From the IMG/VR virus record IMGVR_UViG_3300020048_000055, positions 44,877 to 108,876 of that record: DNA of 64,000 bases. One strand, given 5' to 3'. Both the position numbers and the translations under genes were made by a program. Origin of the DNA: a virus. Below are positions 1 through 9,645 of the stretch, piece after piece (the stretch's first letter is position 1; each line of letters opens with the position of its first letter). The notes below the pieces were generated by a model. It saw only the letters and a list, made by a program, of their open reading frames with translations, was not told where the DNA came from and ran no database searches.

Positions 1-1196
1 ATCGTTTGTAATGAAGAACAATAAACAAACATACCAGTAAAATTTGTACCTTTACTTGCATCAATAGGAGGAATAGTTTGTAAAGAAGTACAACCATTAA
101 ACATATAAGAAAAGTTTGTACTATTGCTCGTATCAAAAAGTGGAATTGTTTGTAAGGAAGAACAATTATAAAACATACCCGAAAAGTTTGTACCTAAACT
201 TGTATCGAGAAGTGGAATCTTTTGTAAGGAAAAACAACCATTAAACATAGAATTAAAGTCCGTACCTAAACTTGTATCAAGAAGGGGAACCGTTTGTAAT
301 GAAGAACAACCATTAAGCATCTCTAAAAAACTTATTCCTTTGCTTGTATTTAGAAGTGGAATCGTTTTTAATGAAGAACAAGATTGAAAAATAGCAGTAA
401 AATTGGTACCTAAACTTGTATCAAGAAGTGGAATAGTTTGTAAGGAATTACAACTCTGAAACATAGCAGAAAAGTTTGTACCTAAACTTGTATCAAGAAG
501 GGGAATCGTTTGTAAGGCAGGACAACCATTAAACATAGCAGAAAAGTCGGTACCTTTACTTGTATCAATAAGTGGAATCGTTTGTAAGGAAGCACAACCA
601 TAAAACATATAAGAAAAGTTTGTACATTTACTTGTATTGATTAGAGGTATCTTTTGTAAGGCAGTGCAAATATAAAACATACCAGTAAAATTTGTACCTA
701 AACTGGTATCAGTAAGTGGAATCGTTTGTAAGGAACGACAACTACTAAACATCTGAGAAAAGCTTGTACCTTTACTTGTATCGAGAAGTGGAAACGTTTG
801 TAATGTAGTACAACTACTAAACATACCAGAAAAGTCTGTACCTAAACTTGTATTAAGAATTGGAACCGTTGGTAAGGCAGTACAACCATTAAACATATAA
901 GAAAAGTCTGTACCTAAACTGGTATCAATATGTGGAATCGTTTTTAATGAAGAACAATATTGAAAAATAGCAGTAAAATTGGTACCTAAACTTGTATCAA
1001 TAAGTGGAATAGTTTGTAATGAAGAACAACCATTAAACATACCCAAAAAGTTATTACCTGAACTTGTATTAATAAGTGGAATCGTTTGTAAGGAAGTACA
1101 ACTATTAAACATAGAAGTAAAGTTTGTACCTAAGGTTGTATCAAGAAGTGGAATCGTTTGTAAGGAATTACAAGCCTGAAACATCTGAGAAAAATT
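1..1196 (-). repeat. Coding tandem repeat, 72-bp unit, at least 17 units
   Basis: The atcgtttgtaa/atagtttgtaa motif recurs every 72 nt (1, 73, 145...). Confidence 0.9.
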
Positions 1197-1820
1197 TATA
1201 ATATTATTTAGTCCTAGACTAAAAGATTCTAACAACTTTAAGTTTTTAACAATAAGTAGAGTAATTAAACTGCCATTTCCTGAAATATCCAAAAAGGAAT
1301 TAGATTTACTTGGTGCTGAAGTATGAAAAACCCCTAAGTTTACTGAGGTCAAATTAAAAGTATCTTGAGGAGTAATCGTAATTAAAACCTGCTTGTAACC
1401 TAATGTTGACAGATTCGAGCAAGTTGTATAGTCATAACTATGTTCAGCTTTAATTCCTGCTACGAAGTTTTCAGTAACACCATCTCCCCAGTCTACGGAA
1501 TAATCTCCTGATATTGTAACTGCAACAAAATTTGAGTCATGGTCATAAATTGGATAGAGACCGATTACTTTTTCCTCAGACTCTAGAATTGCAGGAATTG
1601 TCAACCAGTCTGAGGGTCTTGAGTAAGGGGTAATATTATTAACAGTAGTTGTATATACGTCCAACCACTCAGCTTCTGTCCATTCTTTTGGAGCGGAACC
1701 GTCATCATATTTCATGAGAGGAACGTAGTCTCTCAAGATGTCAGAGGTTGTACCTAATTTTGCTTTCATCAGATTTTTCGTTTCAGTTAAATAATTCAAT
1801 TTGTTCAGTAGTTCGCTCAT
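1..1820 (-). CDS. Variable LRR (BspA/DUF285-like 24-aa repeat) protein, copy 1; runs off the window start
   Basis: ATG at 1820 (MSELLNKLNYLTETK...) after AAGGAAG. The frame stays open to position 1 (…CSSLQTI). It has an RPxDW motif and a DWGDG PKD-like domain, then at least 17 NFxxMFxxCxxLQTIPLLDTSLGT units with 72-bp period. Absent from the ORF track because there is no stop in the window. Confidence 0.9.
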   Translation of the reverse strand, partial: MSELLNKLNYLTETKNLMKAKLGTTSDILRDYVPLMKYDDGSAPKEWTEAEWLDVYTTTVNNITPYSRPSDWLTIPAILESEEKVIGLYPIYDHDSNFVAVTISGDYSVDWGDGVTENFVAGIKAEHSYDYTTCSNLSTLGYKQVLITITPQDTFNLTSVNLGVFHTSAPSKSNSFLDISGNGSLITLLIVKNLKLLESFSLGLNNIINFSQMFQACNSLQTIPLLDTTLGTNFTSMFNSCTSLQTIPLINTSSGNNFLGMFNGCSSLQTIPLIDTSLGTNFTAIFQYCSSLKTIPHIDTSLGTDFSYMFNGCTALPTVPILNTSLGTDFSGMFSSCTTLQTFPLLDTSKGTSFSQMFSSCRSLQTIPLTDTSLGTNFTGMFYICTALQKIPLINTSKCTNFSYMFYGCASLQTIPLIDTSKGTDFSAMFNGCPALQTIPLLDTSLGTNFSAMFQSCNSLQTIPLLDTSLGTNFTAIFQSCSSLKTIPLLNTSKGISFLEMLNGCSSLQTVPLLDTSLGTDFNSMFNGCFSLQKIPLLDTSLGTNFSGMFYNCSSLQTIPLFDTSNSTNFSYMFNGCTSLQTIPPIDASKGTNFTGMFVYCSSLQT

Positions 1821-1837
1821 TTGTAGCTTCCTTTATA

Positions 1838-2350
1838 TTATTGAGTTGTTAAAGAGCCTTCTATAGAAAGAAGACCTGTTGCAGTATCTATTTTACATTC
1901 TTTAAACTTGGTATTTGTTATTATGTTAATCTTAGTATAGACGTAGGTTGCATCTTCAAGAACGGCTTCTTTTTGAATATCTGAGCCTATCCAAAGGGAC
2001 ACTTTATATTGGAAGGAAAAGTCAAAAATAGGGGTAGTTCCTACGATCTTTGAGTTTATAGTTCCGTCAATTCGGGTATAAGCACTTGAATTTCCTAACA
2101 ATTCTATTAATCCTGCTTCGATTAAAGGAACCAAAGTATTAGTAATTGTTAGTATACCCTGAGAAAAGCGTTGTCCGAGGTCTATAAATCCGTCATAGTT
2201 TCCAGTCTCAAACTTTATTACTATGGGGTCTGTAGTTTTTATGGCATTTACTTCTGAGCTATCTGCAATGGAGGATTCAGTTCCGTCACTTAATTCCAGT
2301 TGTACTTGATCATCCATTTTTGTATCAATCTGTTCCACTTCGTTTTCCAT
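1838..2350 (-). CDS. Hypothetical protein (late-promoter driven, upstream of LRR copy 1)
   Basis: ORF track 1838..2401. The likely start is MENEVEQ at 2350, after GAGGAAA. An ACTAACT motif lies upstream. Confidence 0.7.
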   Translation of the reverse strand: MENEVEQIDTKMDDQVQLELSDGTESSIADSSEVNAIKTTDPIVIKFETGNYDGFIDLGQRFSQGILTITNTLVPLIEAGLIELLGNSSAYTRIDGTINSKIVGTTPIFDFSFQYKVSLWIGSDIQKEAVLEDATYVYTKINIITNTKFKECKIDTATGLLSIEGSLTTQ

Positions 2351-2368
2351 TATGTTTCCTCTTAAAAA

Positions 2369-2378
2369 TGTTAATATA
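2369..2378 (+). promoter_or_regulatory. Putative middle-class promoter element TGTTAATATA
   Basis: The same decamer is intergenic at 5090, 59428 (+) and 55843, 61717 (-). Confidence 0.5.
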
Positions 2379-2418
2379 TATAATAAGTTAGTTGTAAACA
2401 TTAAGGATTATAAAGATT

Positions 2419-2787
2419 ATGAGTTTAAGGAAAAAGCTTTCAAGAACACAGTTTAGGGCAGATAAGATGTCCAAACGGGGTACGGGAATATTTGTAGAAA
2501 CTACAAATAATATGATGTTAATTGGGGAATGTAGTTGTGGAGCGTATTTATATCATTATATAAAATCCGAACCTAACAATATATTCAATGTGTATTGTGC
2601 AAATCCTGATTGCGATATACAGGATGCACGACAACCAAATCCAAAATCTTTCTTTTACACGGATGAAGAATTGACAAATGCTAAGGAAATAGTACTTTTC
2701 ATTCAGAAAGCCCACAACAAGAAAGAATACACGGAAGAAGAACTTGCAAGTATCCCACTCCTATATGGGGTACCAAGTGGCAAGTAA
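2419..2787 (+). CDS. Hypothetical protein, possible Zn-binding (CxC...CxxxxC)
   Basis: ORF with AAGGA RBS and a Cys cluster ECSCG...YCANPDC. Confidence 0.7.
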   Translation: MSLRKKLSRTQFRADKMSKRGTGIFVETTNNMMLIGECSCGAYLYHYIKSEPNNIFNVYCANPDCDIQDARQPNPKSFFYTDEELTNAKEIVLFIQKAHNKKEYTEEELASIPLLYGVPSGK

Positions 2788-3601
2788 AAAGTTTTCATAT
2801 TCTAGGATTGGTTGTTTTGAGGAATGTAAACAAAAGTATCATCTTAGATATGTAAAGGGTATTGTAGTTGACCCTGCTACACAAGTGTTGTCAGACGTTA
2901 CTGCAAAAGGACTTGCTTTCCATGAGTTTGCAGAACACTATGAAACTTCTTGGGATGAAGAACGCATAAATAAAGAGATGCGCTCCTACGAAGAACAATA
3001 TAAAGAAGGTGCCGCTTATTTTCCGTTGGATGACAAGGTAAGAAAGCTCATTGATTTCTACAAAGTAATTGTTGAACCTTTTACTAAGACTGGAAAAGTG
3101 GAAAAAGAAACTTGGCTTAATGGAATAATTAAGGGTGAAGCTTTCTGCGGTGCAATCGATTTGCTTATAACTCATGGTGATGGAACATATCATATCATTG
3201 ATTATAAATCTGCAAAGACTGCAACTGCATCCAATTACAAAGGTCAGCTTTTACTGTACGCATATATGCTTGCCATGGAAAAAGAAATTCCTATGGAAAA
3301 CATAGATAAAAAAATTACACTTTCTGTATTTTTCCCTTTTTGCAAAGAAGAAACCTACAAGAAATGTCTTAAGTCTATAAAGTATACCTCTCAGGACGTA
3401 TTGGATAATTTGGAAAAAATTACTTCAAGCGTAGATAAGATTAATACAAAAGACTGGTCAACCCACAATTCACTCGATGTAAGTCCTACCTCAACTTGTA
3501 GTTGGTGTGATTATATCGGACACCCTGAATATTGTCCTATAATGTACAAAGCAGGATGGAGAGTAAAACGTGGAACTAAGTTTATACTAAAGGATAAATA
3601 A
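2777..3601 (+). CDS. PD-(D/E)XK nuclease (RecB/AddB C-terminal, Cas4-like exonuclease)
   Basis: FSYSRI..F..C..KY N-terminal motif, G.AFHE, GAIDLL, IIDYKS, QLLLY, C-terminal CSWCDY...CP. The start is probably GTG 2777 (track start 2744). Confidence 0.85.
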   Translation: MASKKFSYSRIGCFEECKQKYHLRYVKGIVVDPATQVLSDVTAKGLAFHEFAEHYETSWDEERINKEMRSYEEQYKEGAAYFPLDDKVRKLIDFYKVIVEPFTKTGKVEKETWLNGIIKGEAFCGAIDLLITHGDGTYHIIDYKSAKTATASNYKGQLLLYAYMLAMEKEIPMENIDKKITLSVFFPFCKEETYKKCLKSIKYTSQDVLDNLEKITSSVDKINTKDWSTHNSLDVSPTSTCSWCDYIGHPEYCPIMYKAGWRVKRGTKFILKDK

Positions 3602-3603
3602 TT

Positions 3604-3957
3604 ATGGAAGATAAGTTTACGATAAAGCCAATAACTGCTATTCAATTAAAAAACAGTTACGAAAAGAATGGGGAATCTCCTTTTGTAGGAGGAATTATAA
3701 TGATTACAACTCCTACCTGTACAAAATGCAAAGCAATTTTGAAAGATGAAGAAAAACTTAGGGAGCTTCTCCCCATTGGAATGTTCCTCTATGAATACAA
3801 TGATGAAGAAGATGGGATGAAAGTTCTGATGGATATGAAACTTTCCAGTGTACCTATTATGCTGTATGTAAACACGTTTGATGATCTTAGACACTTCAGA
3901 ACAATTTCTAACATCAAGGATTTGGAAAACTTTTTAGTTTCTCTCGATTCCTTGTGA
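3604..3957 (+). CDS. Thioredoxin-fold protein
   Basis: TPTCTKCK CxxC motif and downstream SSVP cis-Pro motif. Confidence 0.7.
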   Translation: MEDKFTIKPITAIQLKNSYEKNGESPFVGGIIMITTPTCTKCKAILKDEEKLRELLPIGMFLYEYNDEEDGMKVLMDMKLSSVPIMLYVNTFDDLRHFRTISNIKDLENFLVSLDSL

Positions 3958-3985
3958 GTGTACTAATTAATTATAGGAGACACAT

Positions 3986-4117
3986 ATGAATGAAATTACT
4001 TTAGACGGAGTACCTGTAAGTGTACAGCAATTGAATGAAGCGAAGTCTAACCCTACTGTTAGAATAGTAGAAGACTCACCCGGTGTTTTTAAGACATTGA
4101 AAAGGCTTCAGGGTTAA
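3986..4117 (+). CDS. Small 43-aa protein (MNEITLDGVPVSVQQLNEAKS...KRLQG), not in the ORF track
   Basis: ACTAATT late motif at 3962, AGGAGA RBS, fills the intergenic gap. Confidence 0.75.
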   Translation: MNEITLDGVPVSVQQLNEAKSNPTVRIVEDSPGVFKTLKRLQG

Positions 4118-4123
4118 AAAATA

Positions 4124-5080
4124 ATGCTATATTCAACAATACTAATCGATGTATTCAACCTTATTCACAAAAAAAAAGAAAAAGAAACTGATGCGAAGAA
4201 TATAGCTAACTCGGTTATTGACTTTATTGAGACAGTAATAAAGCCTAAACTAGAGAACACTGAATCCAAACTCTATTTACTTTTCGACCCGATGCCAGTA
4301 AGTGACTTAAATATTTCAAATCAATTTAGAACTTTCACTACTACGAGAAACACAATTAAGTCTACTTACAAAGCTAAAAGGGAAAAAGACCCAATAATTA
4401 TTGAAGTTGCAGATTTTCTCTTGAAATACTTTTCTTATAGAGACCCTGCCTATTATTTGGTAATATCTGAAAAACATGAAGCGGATGATTTTGTAGAGTC
4501 ACTTGTAAAAGATTCAGGTAAAACATTACTTATAAGCTCAGACTTTGATTGGGCGAGATATCTTTCCTCAGAAGTGAGCATGTCAACTGGTGATATAAAT
4601 CAACCATTTACTACCTCAGATTTTATTGAGAAGTTTGGGTACTTACCTTCCATTAAAAATGTTACGGTAAACAAAGCACTCTTCGGAGACCCCTCGGATA
4701 ATATTGATGGACTTTTTTCCAGTAAGTTTAAGTATAAAGAACTCGGTGAACAAGCTATGGCTTTTATCTCAAAAACAGATGAAAACTTAAATGATTTTGT
4801 TGGAAGGATTAAGGCATACACATTTAAGCAATTATTTGAGCTTAAAGTTAGAAATCCTGAGGAAGAGCTTTTCTATCAAATAAATTGTTTTGAAAAAAAG
4901 AACTTAACAACTCAATTTTTCTTAAACATTGCGTTAGTAAGAAGCTTATGTTCCGATGCTAATAAGTTTGTAAAACACTTTTCAAAAAGAGACAATGGTT
5001 TCTGTACTCTAATTGATAAGACCCTTTCTAGGGGAGAATCAAAAAAGAATACATTTAGGTTCGGAAAAGTAAAGATTTAA
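4124..5080 (+). CDS. 5'-3' exonuclease / flap endonuclease (T4 RNase H-like)
   Basis: LID..N, LFD, YKAKR, HEADD, SSDFDW, KALFGDPSDNI motifs. Confidence 0.85.
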   Translation: MLYSTILIDVFNLIHKKKEKETDAKNIANSVIDFIETVIKPKLENTESKLYLLFDPMPVSDLNISNQFRTFTTTRNTIKSTYKAKREKDPIIIEVADFLLKYFSYRDPAYYLVISEKHEADDFVESLVKDSGKTLLISSDFDWARYLSSEVSMSTGDINQPFTTSDFIEKFGYLPSIKNVTVNKALFGDPSDNIDGLFSSKFKYKELGEQAMAFISKTDENLNDFVGRIKAYTFKQLFELKVRNPEEELFYQINCFEKKNLTTQFFLNIALVRSLCSDANKFVKHFSKRDNGFCTLIDKTLSRGESKKNTFRFGKVKI

Positions 5081-5111
5081 TGGGATTTATGTTAATATAT
5101 TATTAACTACT

Positions 5112-5438
5112 ATGGAGGTTATTAAAATGAGTACAAAAATAAGTTCAGGTAAAGTCACTCTTATCAAACATTCGGAAGAAGATATAGTAAAGCTATGCCA
5201 AAGTTTATCTGGGGATATCCTTTCTTCAGTATTGAAAAAATATAAAGAGTCCAATAAAACCATAGATATGTATGGGATGTTATCCGACACCTATGCAGAT
5301 ATAATTGGATTGTGCTCAAAAATGATGAATGAAGATAATATCCTTTTTAATGAATCTTCCTTTTTTAGTGCATTATCCAGCAGGTTAGCCAGTAAGAAAA
5401 CCCCTGTAACAAGGAGTTTCCCTAAAGATGGCATCTAA
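5112..5438 (+). CDS. Hypothetical protein
   Basis: ORF in operon context. The start may be ATG at 5127 after GGAGG. Confidence 0.65.
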   Translation: MEVIKMSTKISSGKVTLIKHSEEDIVKLCQSLSGDILSSVLKKYKESNKTIDMYGMLSDTYADIIGLCSKMMNEDNILFNESSFFSALSSRLASKKTPVTRSFPKDGI

Positions 5439-6447
5439 TTTATATGTAATGAGTGATGTACAGTTTCAAGCCTTGAATGGTTGGAACTATGAAATAGGAA
5501 ATAAGTTTTTAGATTGGTTTGAGACTTTAGAAGTAAAGCCTAATTCTTACTTTATACAGCTTGGAGACATGACAGAAAAAGATACAAATCCTGGTGATGT
5601 TGTACGGCAACTGGAAAGATTCTTTTCAATCTGTGCAAAGAAGTTTGTGAAGTCATATATCCTTGTAGGAAATCATGATATGAAACTTTATCATGGTAAG
5701 GTACAAATCTCCTTTGCTTTTGCCGAAGAAAAAGATAAAATTGAAGTAGTACGAGACCTTTCAAACATTGAGATTGATGGAATGAATATTCTGGCAATGC
5801 CTCATGTAAGGGTTAGGGGAAAAACTCTCCATGAGTTTTATAATAAGAAAACCCCTGAGGAATACTTAAGCCTAATTAAAAATGGAAAAACCAAGTTTGA
5901 CCTCGCTGTAGGGCATTGGCAGAAGCAGGGAGCAGAAGGTTCCCCAGAATGGATTAGGGACGGAGTAAGCACTGATAATCTTCCAGTAAACAAGTTTATG
6001 TTGGGTCATATTCATAATAGACCGGATACTGATTATCTGGGTTCAGTATGGCCCCTTAAGGTTTCAGAAGAGTTTAGTGAGTTTGGTAGGGTAATTGGAT
6101 TAGTAACGAAGACTGACAAAATAGAATATTCTGAAATAGAAATTCCAAGGTTTTGTAAGTATGATACTATCACATATCCCGAGCCATTTGTAAAACCCTT
6201 AGATACTTTAGTTCATGTATATACTGTTGAAGGTTGTAAAAATATTGGTATAGCCCAAGAGTTTTATAAAGATGTGTATATTCGGTCTACAGGTAACAAT
6301 AAAAAAGAAGAGGAAGAAACAATATCCTCTGAGGAAGACTTCCTCTTTACGGATTACTTAGATGCCTTTAACAAGTACTGTGCAGAAAAGAAACCTAAGC
6401 TAAATAGAAATGTTTTAAAAATAATTACAAATCACTTGAAAATATAA
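5428..6447 (+). CDS. Mre11/SbcD/T4 gp47-like metallophosphoesterase recombination nuclease
   Basis: SD, LGD, GNHD, GHW, LGHIH, YLGS motifs. Confidence 0.85.
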   Translation: MASNLYVMSDVQFQALNGWNYEIGNKFLDWFETLEVKPNSYFIQLGDMTEKDTNPGDVVRQLERFFSICAKKFVKSYILVGNHDMKLYHGKVQISFAFAEEKDKIEVVRDLSNIEIDGMNILAMPHVRVRGKTLHEFYNKKTPEEYLSLIKNGKTKFDLAVGHWQKQGAEGSPEWIRDGVSTDNLPVNKFMLGHIHNRPDTDYLGSVWPLKVSEEFSEFGRVIGLVTKTDKIEYSEIEIPRFCKYDTITYPEPFVKPLDTLVHVYTVEGCKNIGIAQEFYKDVYIRSTGNNKKEEEETISSEEDFLFTDYLDAFNKYCAEKKPKLNRNVLKIITNHLKI

Positions 6448-6451
6448 TTGA

Positions 6452-7042
6452 ATGACTAATCTTATAACTGAGGTTAGTCATTTGAGTTATAATGAACAGA
6501 TAATAAATACGATGGTAAAAAAATCATTTGCACTTGATGGGGGATTTGGGTTTAAGATATCCGATCCTCCAAAGTCTGCGGCAATGAATGTTCAAAAGAA
6601 TCCATTTGATGGATTTGGTGTTATTAATACCACTCTTATAAAAGATGAAACTTATAAAAAGTTTACAAGCAACTTTATCCCCTTTTACTGGGAAGCAAAG
6701 TTTATGAAAGAGGTTTCTGCTTTCGCTCTTAAACGAATTGAAATACATCAAGCCTACTACTTAAATAACACCTTAAAACTTCCAGAAACTTTCTCTATAG
6801 TACCTCTTGGGATATACGCCAAGCGTGGAGAAGTTAGAATCTATCTGTTTGAATGGGAAGCTCTTTCTCAACTCTATGAGAATGGTTTTTCTATTCATAA
6901 GAAGTTTTTAGAAAAGTTACCTTTTAATAAAGTTGTATTAAAAGAAGGTTTATTCTCAATAGACCACATTATAACTAAAAAAACATTACTCGATTTATAC
7001 GGGTATGATATTTACATGGAGAAGAAAAATGCCACGGATTAA
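6452..7042 (+). CDS. RecU-like Holliday junction resolvase
   Basis: FKI.D, NPFDGFG, WEAK, IEIHQ..YL pattern of the RecU family. Confidence 0.65.
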   Translation: MTNLITEVSHLSYNEQIINTMVKKSFALDGGFGFKISDPPKSAAMNVQKNPFDGFGVINTTLIKDETYKKFTSNFIPFYWEAKFMKEVSAFALKRIEIHQAYYLNNTLKLPETFSIVPLGIYAKRGEVRIYLFEWEALSQLYENGFSIHKKFLEKLPFNKVVLKEGLFSIDHIITKKTLLDLYGYDIYMEKKNATD

Positions 7043-7256
7043 ATATTCCTGTTCTAAATGCAATGCTATAAAAAATGTTTCTTTTGTTTTAGGCACTCCT
7101 GCTGAGGTTCCAATTTGTGAAGAATGTAATATCCCTATGTCAAGGGGATTTGCAAAGACTGACCTTGGAGAGATAGAGACAGATGAAATGACGAATATAC
7201 GTCTTATGATGAAAAACTCTCAATCATATACAGGAAAAGATAGAATTGCTTATTGA
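7029..7256 (+). CDS. FmdB-like zinc-ribbon protein
   Basis: MPRIKYSCSKC...CEEC..M.R. Confidence 0.7.
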   Translation: MPRIKYSCSKCNAIKNVSFVLGTPAEVPICEECNIPMSRGFAKTDLGEIETDEMTNIRLMMKNSQSYTGKDRIAY

Positions 7257-7284
7257 CCAACTAATTAATCAAGGAATAAACTAA

Positions 7285-9471
7285 ATGGCAACAAACAATT
7301 ATATATCGGGAACAGCACCTAAAAGTGCTATCATTAAATCTACTTTTCATGATAGACTATCCTCTTTTTATGGATTCAGACAAACCACATCTGGTGGGCA
7401 AAACACTTCTCTTGAGAAAAGAACAGGTGTAAAATTTGTAAAAGTAGACTTAAATAATCAAGCATATCGAGTACAAAATGCAAGCTTAGGAAATGTTTTT
7501 GATTCAAGACTTCTATCATCAAAACTTGAAAAATACTTTGATGCGTGGATGTCCGAGACAAGTCTTTCCTATGATGATATTGCTGACAGACAAGCTCGTC
7601 TTAATGAACTTTCCTTCATGCAATACAATGAACCTTTCGTATCTCGTGTAGTTCAATTAGTGGCTGATGAAGCCACAAACTTGGATGAACAGGATAGACT
7701 TATTTCTATATCTTCTCCTAATGGAAACTTTATTGAAAAATGTTATGAACTATTCTCACAGTGGGGAATAACTCAACAACGTATCCATGGGGTAATGTGG
7801 GATCTTGAATTGTATGGAGAAGCTTTCTGGACACACAAGGTAACTCAGCGAGGGGTTGAAAGAATATTCCCTGCCAAAGTAAATCAAGTTATGGAACGTT
7901 TAGAGTTCAACCCCCTTCACATGGCAGAATACCTTTCTCAGAGAGACGGTTTTATGTCTGCCAATAAAAACCGTGGAGCTAAAGTTGAAGCCCTTCTTGC
8001 AGGTCTTAAAAACAAAGAAGATACTTTCGATATAGATGAAAACTTTTCGGACATGTTTGATACAAAACTTCTGGGGTTTGAATTTCATGATGCAAACTAT
8101 ATTCCTCCTTGGGACGTTTCCCATTTTAGATTTAATGCAGACCACTCTGAGTTTTTCCCTTATGGAAGACCCCCTCTAATAAGTTGTTTAGCACCTTTCA
8201 AACAATTATTTGCCGCCATGACGCTTCAAGGTATTGCAAGAACGATGTCTTTTCCAGTTACCTTATATAAAGTAAAAACAGTTGAAGGTATGAATCCTAC
8301 AATGTCTTTTGATTATGTAAATGAAGTTAGAGAAGAATACGAAAATATTGGTGTATCACCTAATTCTACAGGGTCTGAACTTTATTCTATAAATACAAAG
8401 ATGTGGGTACCGGATTCCTTACTTGATGTACAAATACTAAAATCAGAAGTAGAAATTGATGCTATTGATGATATTGCTTTGTTTCAAGACCGGGTAGCTG
8501 TAGCTACGGGTATTCCAAAAGGTTACTTAATTCAAGATGAATCCACCTTTGGTACTTCTGCTGTTGCCCTTGTTGAACAATGTAAACCTTTTGCCAGACA
8601 TGTTTTTGCTATTCAATCTGCTTTCCTTGATGGACTTGGAGAATTAATTAGATTGCATTTTGCTATTACAGGCGAGTTTGATTATAACACGCCCTTTACT
8701 TTAGCTATGAGATTTCCTTCAATAGAAATGTCAGAAGATAAACGTACCAGTAGAACCGCTTCACTGGAACTTACTTCTGCGGTTATGGATTTTATTAAAG
8801 GTGCAATTGGTATGGGAGAAGAGGATTTGCTTCCCTCAACAGTAGCTACCGATATCATGACAAAGTATTCTTTCTTAGACCCAACCGATGTTATGAAATG
8901 GGTAAAACTAAGTGGACTTGCTAAGTTAACTTCAAGAGCTTCCGATGAAGATGGTGGAGATGGTGATGGTGGAGACGATATTGATTTTGACTTTGGAAGT
9001 GATGTAGGGGATTCAGGGGATGACACCAGTGCTGAAGATACTACGGATTTCGATGTGGATGAAGCAACTACTGAGGAACTGAAAGATTCTATCCGAAAAA
9101 TGAAAAAAGCTACTAGACTTCGTGAAAAGAAACAACGGGTTAAAGCTTTAAGACAGCTCAAACAGAAACGGTTGAAAGAAATTTCTGAAAGATATCAAGA
9201 ATCTAAAACCGACCTTTACTTTACTCTTTTGGAAAAAGAACACATCCAAGAATGGAAAGGTGACGCAAAGCATACAAAGCTTGTTTCAAAAATAACTGAA
9301 AACTCCAATTTCTATGAATCCATTAAGATTTTTACAAATGAAAAAATGAAGAATGGTGGAAGACTTAAAGAAGAAGTTTATAGTCCAGCAGATATGATAA
9401 ATGATACATTATCAGATGATTCTCCCATAGATAACTCTATCTCGGAAGCAATAAATGATATTATAGGATAA
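7285..9471 (+). CDS. Portal protein (T4 gp20-like) with acidic/basic C-terminal extension
   Basis: VADEA, LYGEAF, VSHFR, PYGRP, IART, D.W.P, D..LFQ..V.VATGIPK.YL motifs. Late promoter and AAGGA RBS upstream. Confidence 0.85.
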   Translation: MATNNYISGTAPKSAIIKSTFHDRLSSFYGFRQTTSGGQNTSLEKRTGVKFVKVDLNNQAYRVQNASLGNVFDSRLLSSKLEKYFDAWMSETSLSYDDIADRQARLNELSFMQYNEPFVSRVVQLVADEATNLDEQDRLISISSPNGNFIEKCYELFSQWGITQQRIHGVMWDLELYGEAFWTHKVTQRGVERIFPAKVNQVMERLEFNPLHMAEYLSQRDGFMSANKNRGAKVEALLAGLKNKEDTFDIDENFSDMFDTKLLGFEFHDANYIPPWDVSHFRFNADHSEFFPYGRPPLISCLAPFKQLFAAMTLQGIARTMSFPVTLYKVKTVEGMNPTMSFDYVNEVREEYENIGVSPNSTGSELYSINTKMWVPDSLLDVQILKSEVEIDAIDDIALFQDRVAVATGIPKGYLIQDESTFGTSAVALVEQCKPFARHVFAIQSAFLDGLGELIRLHFAITGEFDYNTPFTLAMRFPSIEMSEDKRTSRTASLELTSAVMDFIKGAIGMGEEDLLPSTVATDIMTKYSFLDPTDVMKWVKLSGLAKLTSRASDEDGGDGDGGDDIDFDFGSDVGDSGDDTSAEDTTDFDVDEATTEELKDSIRKMKKATRLREKKQRVKALRQLKQKRLKEISERYQESKTDLYFTLLEKEHIQEWKGDAKHTKLVSKITENSNFYESIKIFTNEKMKNGGRLKEEVYSPADMINDTLSDDSPIDNSISEAINDIIG

Positions 9472-9477
9472 TGAAAA

Positions 9478-9645
9478 GTGAAGAAGTTTACAATCTATTT
9501 ATGTCGTTGGCAAGTATCAGGGATATTAATGATGCCAGTACTTGCCCTTTGTACTAATCTTGGTACTGTCTGGTCAGTGATAATTGCCCAATTTATCGGT
9601 TCTCTTATTTTTTGGTTCATTGATAAGAAGATTTTCACTTCTTGA
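9478..9645 (+). CDS. Small two-helix membrane protein (MKKFTIYLCRWQVSG...IFWFIDKKIFTS), not in the ORF track
   Basis: GTG start after AGGA, 55 aa, hydrophobic, fills the gap after the portal. Confidence 0.7.
   Translation: MKKFTIYLCRWQVSGILMMPVLALCTNLGTVWSVIIAQFIGSLIFWFIDKKIFTS

Noticed and set aside
1-1196. CRISPR array suggested by regular 72-bp periodicity (also 14570-15615 and 63370-64000)
   Set aside because: The units are in-frame coding repeats with degenerate scaffolds and no unique spacers, and there is no cas operon
2744-3601. Cas4 of a CRISPR system
   Set aside because: A solitary PD-(D/E)XK nuclease among recombination genes is common in phages
8682-9161. Antisense or shadow ORFs in the track (e.g. 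979, 2891, 8682, 10046, 19114, 37196, 42826, 58737, 62050, 62835)
   Set aside because: They lie opposite or inside well-supported genes, lack an RBS, and mirror repeat or codon structure
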